The notes below the pieces were generated by a model, which was not told the DNA's origin, made no database searches, and worked only from the letters and a program-made list of their open reading frames with translations. A DNA stretch of 62,884 nucleotides, counting the filler, from Octopus bimaculoides (Eukaryota): assembly GCF_001194135.2 (NCBI RefSeq). It is 6 parts of 6 records of this genome, joined end to end, with 100 filler letters (N's around TTAATTAATTAA, not from the genome) between each part and the next. Parts side by side here need not be neighbours in the genome. Positions count along the whole stretch, not along the records: positions 30,842 to 53,900 come from NC_068985.1; positions 54,001 to 56,363 come from NC_068983.1; positions 56,464 to 58,747 come from NW_026320486.1; positions 58,848 to 62,884 come from NC_068998.1; 2 more parts are not named here. One strand, given 5' to 3'. Each line of letters begins with the position of its first letter. The first letter of the stretch is position 1. Shown here one piece after another: positions 50,226 to 62,884 of this stretch. The translations under genes were made by a program, and so were the position numbers.

Positions 50226-52597
50226 TTCAATCAAAAATGTTCCTGCCATGACCATCCAAAGTGTGCAAGTCCCTTTTTTTTAATGGTTGACTATGATTTG
50301 AGGGAAATAGCAGTTCCATCTCTTCAGGTGAATACAGATAGATGTAACCAATGTTCCATTTGACACATAATTAATATCAAGCTCAAAACGAAACCTTGAT
50401 TACTTGTTCTGTTAGACATAGCAATATCTCCCTCAAATCACTTCCCATCATCATCATCATCATCATTGTTTAACACCCTCCTTCCATGTTGACATGGTTT
50501 GGATGGTTTGACAGGAGCTGGTCAAATAGAAGACTACACCAGGCAACTGTGTCTGTTTTGTCATGGTTTTTATGGCTAGATGTCCTTCTAACACCAACCA
50601 CACCACAGAGTGGACTGAGCACTTTTTATGTGTTACCAGCACAGGTGAGGTCAGTTTTGGCATGGTTTTTACAGCCAGATGCCTTTCCAAATGCCAATCA
50701 CTTCACATTGTGGACTGGATGCAGTTTACGTGGCACCAATACTCATCTTAAAAAGTGAAGGATACAATAAAATAAATAAAGGTAGCTGTAGATATACCTT
50801 AAGATGAACAAGTTATGATAATTCAAGCTATATCCCAGAGGCCCTCTTGTTAGTTTGATAAATAAGAGCAGTACTGATAAGAAAATCTTCCAGATTGTGG
50901 ACATCATCTTTTGCAAGTTGTTATTCAAATAGTTTAATCATCACCATTGTTCAATCCATAACACACCGAATGAGGGTCTAAAAGTGCTATCACATAACAA
51001 ATTAGAAAATTTGAATATATATTATAGATGCAGGAGTGGCTGTGTGATAAGAAGCTTGCTTCTCAACCAAATGGTTCACAATTCAGTTCGATCTCTTGTC
51101 AACAAACCATTTATTTGCATTGCACATTTGAAGCCACATAGAACAGGAGATACCTGACTTGAAAAACAGGTAAGGGTTGGTGACTGAAGAGCATTGAGCT
51201 GTAAAACAATGCCTCAATAACACATTAGTTGAACCCATACTGACATGGAAAAACAGATGTAAAAACAAGAGATCTCTGGAGGTATGCTGTGACTGAGAAG
51301 ACCTGGCAAATAAAGTGGGTACGCAGCTGTAACCTACACCAGTGTCGCATAACCAGCCCAGTCAAAAGTACCTTGGATCGCAGGGTGACATGCCATGCTT
51401 GAGGAAATCTATTGAGTCAAGTACATCAACATCAACAATATCAATATCAAGTCAAATGGAAATTGTAGTTGTGAGCCCTGTGCAGGTAGCACGTAAAAAG
51501 CACGATCCGAACATGGCTGATGCCAGTGCCGCCTTGACTGGCTTCCGTGTTGGTGGCATGTAAAAAGCACCATCTGATCATGGTTGATGCCAACTTCTCT
51601 GGTCCCTTGTGCTGGTGCCACGTAAAAAATACCCACTACATTCTCGGAGTGGTTGGTGTTAGGAAGGGCATCCAGCTGTCAAAACAGATCAGATTGGGGC
51701 CTGGTGCAGCCTCCTGGCTTCCCAGACCCCAGTTGAACCATCCAACCCATGCCAGCATGGAAAACGGACGTTAAACGATGATGATGATGATGATGATGAT
51801 ATAAGGAACACATTGCATTTTGTGACAAAGATGAGGGCATACATTGCATTTAGTTACAAAGATGAGGGCATACATTGGTATTTTACAACTTGCCTCAAAG
51901 CCTCATGACATACCTATGAACCAAATGTGGCATACAACTTTACCATGGCATAGCAGTTGAAAATGTTTGCTCCAAATATTACATGCCTTGTTTCTGAGTA
52001 AGAAATCAATTTTGACAGCAGAAATTAGATTAATTTTTAAACGAGAATCAACAACACAACACATTCAATGAAAAATTCGTTGTTTCATTGTTTTTTGTGG
52101 ATTTAGAATAAAACATTATTTTTTTGAATAGAATTAAAAAAATTTTGTTAAACACACAGCTCTAAAAACTGTAGGAAAATTGAAATTTCTGCTTGCAAAT
52201 ATATATATATATATATATAAATGCCAGGAAATCTCTTAATAGAAAATTCTTCAAAATTTCTCCACTATCTGTCCATGATAGATTAGCTGACAACAAATTC
52301 TTGAAGCAATTCATTTATTTTATAATATGTGTGTCTAATAGAGCAGACTTAAGTTCCAAGATAACTGACTATAATTCGTTTAAATTCCCCACTGAAGCAG
52401 CATCACTCCATTAAAGCTGCAGCTACACTGATTTAAATCTGCTGTTACAGGCACAGGCATGGGTGTGTGGTAAGAAGTTTGTTTCCCAACCACTTGGTGT
52501 TAGGTTCAGACCTAATGCATGGCATCTTTGCAAGTGTCTTCTACTATAAGCCCTACGCCAACCCTTTTGAGTGGATTTGATAGAAAGAAGCTGAATA

Positions 52598-52648
<51 letters not shown>

Positions 52649-52773
52649 AGATAAAAATAGTTATGGCAGGTTCATAGGGTTACCTGGGGTTTTACGTCCA
52701 TAAAGTGCTTAGCTTTACTACTACTACTACTACTACTACAAATAATGATAATAATAATAATAATAATAATAAT

Positions 52774-53106
52774 ACTAAAAGAAATGGAAAAACTTTCAAA
52801 ATACAAAGACCTGGAAATGGAGGTAAGTCGAATGTGGAATCTAAAAACAGAAACAATTCCTATCATAGTAGGTGCCTTAGGTATAATAAAAAAATATTCA
52901 GACAAATACATAACAAAAACACCAGGACTTACAAATATATATAACATACAGAAAATTGCACTACTGGGCACTGCACACATCCTACGCAAAACACTTTCAA
53001 TACAGTAACCATAAGAGCACCACAGCAAACCACAGCACATACCCAAGGCGCACAGAGCTGCGCTCGGTAGTGAAGTGAAAGCACGTTATAAAAATAAAAC
53101 TACTGA
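52774..53106 (+). mobile_element. Young R4/Dong-clade 3' fragment within a (TAA)n array
   Basis: LKEMEKLSKYKDLEMEVSRMWNLKTETIPIIVGALG...HILRKTLSIQ* plus 3' UTR; (AAT)n at 52741-52773 and about 53108-53129. Confidence 0.9.
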
Positions 53107-53304
53107 ACAATAATAATAATAATAATAATTATAACAGCAATGCTGATAATGATAATAACCATAATAATAATAGTAATGCTGGTGTTGATATTGGTACTAG
53201 AAACGACTGCAATAATAACAGCAATATCACAATCGATTCACTTAATACCACCCTAGCTACTACCAGCACTACCTCATCTCTCACTCCAATTAACCATCGT
53301 AGAA

Positions 53305-53485
53305 CTGATAACTGCAACTGCAGATCCAGGACATATTGCCTACTGCAGGCCCAATGTAAAAGATTCAATGTTGCATACCAATGCACCATTCACTACATAG
53401 TAAATAACTCTTATAGCTACTACACTGGATCTAGCACCAATTTAAACAAAGATATTATGCACATTTAAACACATTTAAATATAAA
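53305..53485 (+). mobile_element. Second Penelope-like GIY-YIG fragment with Cys-rich linker
   Basis: DNCNCRSRTYCLLQAQCKRFNVAYQCTI...SYYTGSST, then after a frameshift FKQRYYAH; matches the CxC..CPL..C / VVY / YIG / FKxRY..H pattern. Absent from the ORF track. Confidence 0.8.
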
Positions 53486-53865
53486 CATGTTTGTTGTCCT
53501 CTTAAGCAATTATATATATATATCTCATCATCATGGCATTGCCAATGACCATCATTATGACTACGATTCAGGGGTGCCATTTACAAGGCACCAGCGATGC
53601 CTGACTCCGATTTCACGGGTGCCATTTACATGACACCAGCACAGCTGCATTATCATCATCATTGCTTAACATCTGGTTTCCATGCTGGAATGGGTTGGAT
53701 GGTTTGACTGAGGACTGGCAAACCTGGAGGCTGCACCAGGTTCCAATATGATCTGGCAAGGTTTCTACAGCTGGATGCCCTTCCTAATGCCAACTACTCC
53801 GAGAGTGCAGTGGGTGCTTTTTATGTGCCACCGGCATGGGAGCCAGTCAGGCTGTATATATATTG

Positions 53866-53900
<35 letters not shown>

Positions 53901-54872
53901 NNNNNNNNNNNNNNNNNNNNNNNNNNNNNNNNNNNNNNNNNNNNTTAATTAATTAANNNNNNNNNNNNNNNNNNNNNNNNNNNNNNNNNNNNNNNNNNNN
54001 ACAAACACACCCACACGTATACACACACATACTGCACTAACAATACAAACAAAACTAATCACTCACAATTACAGCGCACACACACATGTACACATATACA
54101 CCAGGAAACTACATAAACCATACCCACATACACACATACACACACATACAAACGCATACCCAGTACCAACATACACGGAACACACATGCACACACATACA
54201 CATCACCTGGATAAACCCAACGTACAAGGACACCTAATAAATACAAAACACATACATGCTCACACACACATGCACCCTCACACACATGCACCCTCATGCA
54301 CACACATACAGTTGCTCCCTCACACACACACGCACCACAAGGACAATTCAAACAAAACATACTTAGAAACACACACAAACTCACGTACACACACATAACA
54401 CCCCCACCAACACACAACACAAATAGACATACGCACACATACAGACATACACATACATATGAACCATCACACACACATACGGTTGCTTACACACACACCA
54501 CAAGGCAGTGGGCAACCAGAATCGTTAGGCACACACACACTCACGTACACACACACTCCCACACTCACACAAAACACTCNNNNNNNNNNNNNNNNNNNNN
54601 NNNNNNNNNNNNNNNNNNNNNNNNNNNNNNNNNNNNNNNNNNNNNNNNNNNNNNNNNNNNNNNNNNNNNNNNNNNNNNNATATATATATATATATATATG
54701 CACGACGGGCGTCTTTTACTTTCCGTCTACCAAATCCACTCACAAGGCTTTGATCGGCCCGTGGCTATAATTGAAGACACTTACTCAAGGTGCCATGCAG
54801 TGGGACTGAACCCGGAACAATGTGGTTGGGAAACAAGCTTCTTACCACACAGCCACTCATATATATATATTT

Positions 54873-54912
<40 letters not shown>

Positions 54913-54987
54913 ATNNNNNNNNNNACATACATACATACATACATACATACGCACGTACATACATACGTATATACATACATACATACA

Positions 54988-55023
<36 letters not shown>

Positions 55024-56511
55024 TAAGGGTGTGTGGGGGTGAGTCAACGAAAGAAAGGGATACTTAAGAAATTTGATTGGAGTTACATATATATTTTTCA
55101 TAAGAGTCTAGCTCCATACGTATGATTTAAAGGTTCGTAGGCTCGTACGACGAACCTATCTCATCAGATATCTAGAGAAGAGTTGCGGGATTTGAGATAA
55201 ATTCAAGATGGCTTCTAAATATTAACGCCTCGAAAGCAAAAATATGACAGGACAGTTTCTTCGCAAATTGTGTAACTAAATAATTTATGAACGAGCTCTA
55301 CTTTTCTTTTAATTTTCCATCTATATACCCTGTCATATGTGTAACTACGGAGACAATGCAAAAGTAACTAGGATCATATTTTAGAACGACGAGATATTTA
55401 GCAACAGGAAAGCCTTTCTGAGTTAAAACCTCACTCTCTCTACCTCTCTCTCTTACTAATCTCTCTTTCCCGATATTAATCTCTATCTATCTACCTATCT
55501 TTCTCTCCCACCTTTCTTTTTATCAATTAATGGCCATTTTGCAAAATTACACTCTAGTAATCTTTGCCAGTCATTCTTATTATCTTGCATGTTTAGCGAT
55601 TCTTGAAAAGTTACCGTCAAGGGAGATCAACATTGATCAATTACCTGATATATCAAAGGCAAATAAATTTGGCAGAGATAATAAATTTCATAAGAAACAC
55701 AATGTAACGACGATAGTAAGTAGGAAAAAAGTTTAAATAGCAGCGAGAACAAAACCATACTAAAAACTGAAAGTGTGTAGGGAAATGCCAAATGGCATCA
55801 GAAGACAAAATAATGAACGAAAGCGAACAAAAGAGACACCAATACAATTGCTATAGTTGTGGCTGTCTTCCAGTGCTGCTCTAATTATGGTGCCATAAAC
55901 TTGAAAAAGTGGCGGAGCTGTGAGAGGAAAACGGTGTCCAAAACGGTAGACGGTTGTATGGGATGTCGTAGTCTTACTATACGTTCGAACTTCTAAACAG
56001 AAGTTGAGCCCTTGTTGATAAATAAGTATTGTGATTGTTGACTTAAAAGATGCGTGAGTATATAAGAACCCAATTTCAGCTGTGCTTATCCTTGAAAAAA
56101 AAGTCTTTTTAGTGAAGTAAATCGCGTAATATTTCGGCAATCCTAAGGTGACGACCTGGCCGAATCGTGAGCAAACCGGAAAAAATTCTTAGCGGCGTTT
56201 CGTCCGTTTTTACGTTCTGGATTCAAATTCTGCCAAGGCTGACTTTCCTTTCATCCTTTTGGGATTGATGAAATAGGTACCAGTTGAGCACTGGGATCAA
56301 TTTAATTGAATTGGCCCCTTTCCCGAAACTGCTGGCCTTGTGCCAAAATTTGAAACCAATATTNNNNNNNNNNNNNNNNNNNNNNNNNNNNNNNNNNNNN
56401 NNNNNNNTTAATTAATTAANNNNNNNNNNNNNNNNNNNNNNNNNNNNNNNNNNNNNNNNNNNNTATGTATATATATATTTATATATATATAAGTATATAT
56501 ACATATGTCTC

Positions 56512-56544
<33 letters not shown>

Positions 56545-57120
56545 GTATGCATACATGCATGTATATATAAATATATATGTATGTATATATGTATATATGA
56601 TTATGTATATAGCATATATAACATAGTAGACTGGGACTCGTGTATACGTTGTAATATAAACACATAAATATGAGACGCCATAATTTATTTATGTTTTCAG
56701 CTACTTACTTTCTGCTGTGTTTATTGAATTACAAGTGTGATGCTCCACTTTAAGATAGCTAAAACACAGAAGATAACTCTTCAAGTCTGTTTACTATTAC
56801 TGACTATGGCATTAGATTATTGAGCGTAAAATACAAACTTCTAACAAAGACACAATGTACTTCTGATTATTATTATTATTGTTGCTGTTGTTTGTTTGGT
56901 CTACACGAATTTATATTGGAAAATTACATCTATTCCATAATAATTTTCATAGAGAGAAGGAGATTAGTTCAATAATAAGCAGTAGAGGCACTGAAGCTCT
57001 TTGTAAATGAAAAATATATTTTGCTAGTTTGTAGTAATGACTGGGCATCGAATCTCCTCGCGTTTTTTGTCTAATATTTGTGTGATGGAGAGGAGGCTTT
57101 GCGAGGCGCAACGATATGTG

Positions 57121-57167
<47 letters not shown>

Positions 57168-59699
57168 NNNNNNNNNNNNNNNNNNNNNNNNNNNNNNNNN
57201 NNNNNNNNNNNNNNNNNNNNNNNNNNNNNNNNNNNNNNNNNNNNNNNNNNNNNNNNNNNNNNNNNNNNNNNNNNNNNNNNNNNNNNNNNNNNNNNNNNNN
57301 NNNNNNNNNNNNNNNNNNNNNNNNNNNNNNNNNNNNNNNNNNNNNNNNNNNNNNNNNNNNNNNNNNNNNNNNNNNNNNNNNNNNNNNNNNNNNNNNNNNN
57401 NNNNNNNNNNNNNNNNNNNNNNNNNNNNNNNNNNNNNNNNNNNNNNNNNNNNNNNNNNNNNNNNNNNNNNNNNNNNNNNNNNNNNNNNNNNNNNNNNNNN
57501 NNNNNNNNNNNNNNNNNNNNNNNNNNNNNNNNNNNNNNNNNNNNNNNNNNNNNNNNNNNNNNNNNNNNNNNNNNNNNNNNNNNNNNNNNNNNNNNNNNNN
57601 NNNNNNNNNNNNNNNNNNNNNNNNNNNNNNNNNNNNNNNNNNNNNNNNNNNNNNNNNNNNNNNNNNNNNNNNNNNNNNNNNNNNNNNNNNNNNNNNNNNN
57701 NNNNNNNNNNNNNNNNNNNNNNNNNNNNNNNNNNNNNNNNNNNNNNNNNNNNNNNNNNNNNNNTATATATATATATATATCAATATGTAATTATAAGATC
57801 CAAGGATTTAAGTGTAGGAAGTTTCTAAACTTCGAGCAGTCTGTGGTAGGTATAAAAAAAAACACAACGTTTAGGAAGAATAATAATTTATTGGAAAGGA
57901 TTGTAGGTTTTTCCCATATCGAACTTCGATAAGCTGGAAAAAATTTTTATATGCTCTTCGGTTAGCAACTTGAGTTGCTAAAAATGCGAATAAAAATGCA
58001 GAATTAGTAACCAAATCTCCCTCATATCACATTCTACTGTGGACACCTTATATAAAATTATCGTAGGGAACCTATGCACGTATCAAACGACGGAACGGTC
58101 ACTCCTCCTCTTTTATTTGTTTGAGTCGAGAGTTTAATAAAGCAACAACGACGACAGAATAACTACGCAAGTTATACGTTTATACCTAGAATGATCGCCT
58201 TACCTGCAAAATTTTCCACGATTATAAGTGACAAGAAAGAACACCTGTTAAAATATCTCATTCGAAGGCGTATCCCGTTAAGACAAGGATATTACTGTCA
58301 AATGTATTGGATGAGCGGAACGCCTAACAAGCGCAACAGACAATTCTGTCAAGTTGAATTGAGTCTGGAAAATTGTTATGGTTTGCCAACAGCTGTTTCA
58401 TATTGTTTAGGTTAATGTGTTATTACAGAATGGCACGTTAGCCAGTGATTGATGGCGGTTGGTTGATAGAAATGTATAAATGGAATTACAGCTACTTGGA
58501 CAAGGTTACACACATATACGTTCGCACATGCACTACACAACTCATACTTGCACACAATTACGCACGCACGCACACATACACATACACAACTATATCAAAA
58601 TGCTTGTTTTAACACAAAGCTATAAAACAGATTTTTATTAAACTAAAAAATTAATGTTTTAGCAGAGTACGTACTTATCAAACTTTTGCAAGGAGTTGAA
58701 AGTGAATTCGAAGTTTCGACTTGCTAGCTTTCGTCGGGTTATATATANNNNNNNNNNNNNNNNNNNNNNNNNNNNNNNNNNNNNNNNNNNNTTAATTAAT
58801 TAANNNNNNNNNNNNNNNNNNNNNNNNNNNNNNNNNNNNNNNNNNNNGCTTTCAGGTTAACCTTATAACTAGTCCTAATATTAAATGTAACGTTCACGTT
58901 AACAATATCTCTATTACTAAACTTAACCCTATCTCACATCTTATCCTTTAATCCAATTCTATATCTAATCTTAAATCAGACACTAAATTTTGACATCAGA
59001 ATTAACTAATATTATGGTTAGTCAACTTTACTCCGTAAGGAGCATAAGGCCGGTTTGTCGGTTTCTCGTTCGTCGCAGGATTACTCATTTTTACTAGCAT
59101 AGTGGACAGAATCAACGTAAAATGAAGTGTTTTGCTCAAAAATACAACGCATCGCCCGGCCCAGGAATCGAAACAACGATCTTACGATTATGAGTCCATT
59201 ACTCTAACTACTCAGCCATGCACCTCCACAACTAAAATTATGCTTTTTAACTCTAACCCTTAAAGTAGTCTTGTCATTAAAACAAAGTTTAAAGTTGGTT
59301 ATCACGAACCATAGTATTTACTCTCGATCTAAAACAAACACTAATCTCTAGCTGTCCCTAAAACTTCATGAAATTTGAACGATAAAGTTTCTTGCTCTAT
59401 GTTCTACATCCTCAGCCATTCACATGATTTCTATGTACTCTCCATTGAATTTATAGAAAATCAGTTGCCTGCGTCTATAACTTAAATATATGTACTGTAT
59501 TTGATGACATAAAAGATGCATTTTTGTTTTATTTTATTAAGAAACGTCTTAAAAATCACGCCGGATCCTAAAAATGGAGTTAGACCTATGTCACTTGCTT
59601 TCATGCACAAGAAAACATGTTTTTTTGAATATGCACAGCTGACATTGAGTGAATCTTATACACGCGTGCATCTTTTATGCCATTATTCACAACTGCACC

Positions 59700-60450
59700 T
59701 TCGACAATTTCTGATGACCCTCGTGATAACAGGAAGCTAACCCCTTCTTTTGTTCTTTTATATTACGTCAGGGTTTATCATCAATTTCTGCCGACCTATG
59801 AGGATAATAGATTGTATATCCTACTGGATAGTGGGTAAGATAGCTACTCTCGACGAAGAAGCTGAAGACTTCACTGCAATGCTAAAAAAACAGTATCTCC
59901 TGCGATCCTCTGCTGTTCATGTTGCTCATTTTCCCTACTGTTCCAAGTCCTTCGAACAAAAGACCTCAAGTAAACTCTTGGCGTCACACGCTCAATAACG
60001 AAGATATCTTCCTTCCAGCTTTATCTCTGTAGTCACGACGGAATGCAGTTCTAGGTTTGTTCTGTGGTGGTATTTGGAGATCAGAACCAGTATATCCATG
60101 TAGATTCCACTCAACCTTGTGTTATTTCGCGTCACATTAGTGTTCATCACTTTATTCGTGTTTTGTTGCCTTATGTATATGCGGGAGGGAAAGTTGCATC
60201 TTGCACTAGTTGTATCTCTTTTGTTACCTCATTTTAAGTTTTGAATATTAGGCACATATTCCCTTATGCTCTTTTCCGCTTGATAAAAAGACGTGTTTCC
60301 ATACGTCACTTAAAGATTCTTTCATCTGTTCTTTTGATTATTAAACATATTCTACTTCAATCGCGAACTTCCTTCTCGCCTGTTCTTAGATAAGTCCATC
60401 AGGCAAGGAAGTATTTTCTTTGGTGACAAACCACTGCCACTTTGTTTTTA
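59700..60450 (-). mobile_element. Possible decayed RTE apurinic-endonuclease region
   Basis: Weak broken resemblance (HVFLSSGKEHKG). Confidence 0.3.
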
Positions 60451-60952
60451 CGTATTGCTTTGTCAGGTAATTCTCTTTGCCTAGAAATGCTAGCAACCGT
60501 TGTTACGGGTGTTGTCGTTGTTGTTACTGTAGTTAATATCTGTACTTGTGTCATATAAATAAAATGTTTATACCAGTTGAAATTGCGTAATGTTTTTTTA
60601 ATTATTATTAAACAACGTGAAAATTTCTACTTCTTTAACAGAATTTGTTTTATTTTAATCTGTTTATATTTTGTGTTGTAACGTTCAAAGCTAGTTTTCA
60701 TGAGGGCATTCACAGCTGTTCTAGAACGGGAAGCCATATTGAAGTAAATGTAAATACGAAATGAAAAATATATGTCGAAAGCAAAAACAGACCTTTCATC
60801 TAAACCGGGTATTGGAATAGACATCCAAACGTTTCGAAATCTCATGTTTGTAAAATAATCCAAAAATGAAAAATTTTCTTCCGGTAAAACTTGGTAACAA
60901 TCCAACTTTCTTGGAGCCGTCTCAAGAGACGTACGAATGCTTCAAAACACAA

Positions 60953-60954
<2 letters not shown>

Positions 60955-61047
<93 letters not shown>

Positions 61048-61087
61048 TTGAAGATATAAATGATAAGGGTGGTAGTTGTGGTGGTGG

Positions 61088-61129
<42 letters not shown>

Positions 61130-61133
61130 GACG

Positions 61134-61199
<66 letters not shown>

Positions 61200-61202
61200 T
61201 AT
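60955..61202. repeat. (AAT)n, (GGT/GAT)n and (AAT)n compound microsatellite
   Basis: Direct runs. Confidence 0.95.
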
Positions 61203-61389
61203 TAGTTCCCGGTGAAAATGGTGTCAATCTAAATAATGAAATGAATTTTATTCTTTGAGTCACACAAACAGAACAGTAACAACATAAATCGACAAAAGGG
61301 AAATTTTTTTTTTTTTTCCTTATCTACATGTTTACATCATTATTCTACAAAAGCAAATAAATAAAATAAAACAATCATAAATTCGCATC

Positions 61390-62450
61390 TAAACGTAATG
61401 TTGGACCCCGGCAAACTTTTCGGCCTAGCACTAAAATAATTAACCAATATGTTAAACAGAACTGGACTCGACTTCATATGCTATGGCAGCAAAAGTAACA
61501 GTCTTTAGTATATAGATGACCTCGGGGTGTATACTGCTAGTAATAAACAACTAGAAACACAGCTGTAGATAGTACAAGGACTTGAGAAATTAATGGTATT
61601 CAGATGAGAAAATATACATCAAAGAAATCTGGAAGAGGAGGAAGTTACTTAAAGAGTGCTATTATTATTCTAGAAAACGAAAGAGATTTAAAAGAATTAC
61701 AACATAGACAGACTTACAAATACGTAGAAATCAATAAATTAGCCAATGCACAACGCTCAAATGAAAGAAAAGGCCGGGATAGAATATCATAAACGTATTA
61801 GATAAATGTAAAATGAGAGTACTAGGCATCAGCCATAACTTATAGTTATACTATTTTCTAAAACCTAAATGTCAAATGACCAAGCAAGATTAGACAGAAA
61901 ATGGACTTGAAAAAGTAATTGCATTTAGAATATAGCCCACTCAAAATCTAGAATAGAAAATTTTTATTTACCACTTATAGAGAAAGGTAAAGAGGCTTTA
62001 TGCAACTGTGAACCTTGTATTAAGCTTGTATAAAACTGTAGAAATACAAAAATATCTAACAAAGAATAATGGAACCCTAATACAAATAGGTACAAAACAC
62101 GAAGAAGTCAAAAACAATTTTCTCACCAAAAAACAAAGCCAACAAATACACAAAGCTGAAATGACAGAAATTTTGGAGAAAAGAGAAGAAACAGTTACAA
62201 AAGTTGTGTAAAACTAAATAAAGTAAGCTTAAAACGGGGCCGTAGAATACTTTTCTAATGTAATTACAAGTATATTTCACTACGTCACAAATCTGAACAG
62301 AGTGGAAATATGGAAATAGACGAAAAGATTCACAATACTGAGATGCACAGGATTCGCAGCTGAAACAGAGACTTTTTTTCTTTTTGCGGCACAAAATCAG
62401 AGTCTACCAACTAGAAACCATGATAAGCGTATAAAGAATACAGAAGATGT
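61390..62450 (+). mobile_element. R4/Dong-clade reverse transcriptase region, decayed
   Basis: LTNMLNRTG...YIDDLGVYTASNKQLE (RT catalytic YxDD), QTYKY and GFAAETE..AAQNQSLPTRN. Confidence 0.8.
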
Positions 62451-62755
62451 GGAAGTTTGGAAGAAACAGTTAACATTATCGCACTTAACCAAGGAACAAT
62501 GCCTCAATAAATATGACAGAAATTTCGTACACGGGAAATTATGCCAGTATTAAGACATACAAACATAAAATATATGGTGCAAGCAAACACCATATTTAAA
62601 AAAGATATAAAAAAGAAAAGAATCAGAAGAATGATAGAAGGTACGGAAAACAGGACACTTTCACTGCGTGGCACCGGGATAAGGGATTTGTACTTTAGCA
62701 CCGGATCGACCAAAGCCTTGCGAGTCGATTTGTCAGACTGAAATTGAAAGATTAC

Positions 62756-62787
<32 letters not shown>

Positions 62788-62884
62788 TGTGCGCGCACAC
62801 ACACACATATATATATATATCGTTGCTATAACCTGAAACTGTCGTATGTCCAAGTTTGGCCAAATATATATATATATATATATA

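Noticed and set aside
50743-50928. Protein-like stretch DDVHNLEDFLISTALIYQTNKRASGI on the minus strand
   Set aside because: It is bounded by stops, has no usable donor before the stop, and has no recognisable homology.
55125-55175. Minus-strand CTGATGA plus 9-bp hairpin as a hammerhead
   Set aside because: It is followed by GAAC rather than GAAA, and no convincing stem I, stem III or NUH site was found.
55597-56140. ORF 55760-56140 (minus) and candidate plus-strand exon 55597-55715
   Set aside because: No recognisable domain or supporting neighbouring exon; both are within chance expectation for AT-rich DNA.
6244-57932. Long ORFs of 150-370 aa made mostly of X
   Set aside because: Read-through of N gaps and flanking (TA)n or (CA)n.
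20997-58847. TTAATTAATTAA at 21041, 30786, 53945, 56408 and 58792
   Set aside because: Each sits in the middle of a 100-base N gap. It is an artificial six-frame-stop contig linker, not biology.

Overview
AT-rich, repeat-saturated eukaryotic DNA with many N gaps. The SINE families and extreme microsatellite density suggest a coleoid cephalopod, most likely Octopus (inference). No host protein-coding gene, rRNA, true tRNA or CRISPR array could be identified with confidence, and most listed ORFs are microsatellite or gap read-through. What is supported is a collection of decayed transposons: five R4/Dong-type non-LTR fragments (three young copies embedded in (TAA)n), Tigger/pogo, mariner, rosa (DD41D), Buster-type hAT, Helitron Pif1 helicase, two Penelope GIY-YIG fragments, RTE/CR1 remnants, modular tRNA-derived SINEs and several MITEs. 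Leads worth follow-up: (1) a Penelope fragment bracketed by inverted pLTR-like copies whose consensus rebuilds a minimal hammerhead ribozyme; (2) a 542-bp foldback MITE with an 8-bp TSD and a head-to-head telomere-repeat palindrome at its centre; (3) a perfect 69-bp hairpin; (4) a CpG-depleted domain at about 31-54 kb suggesting a hidden methylated host gene, with candidate minus-strand exons, one LRR-like and interrupted by a single TGA; (5) a pre-miRNA-sized hairpin. All coordinates and alignments were read by eye.
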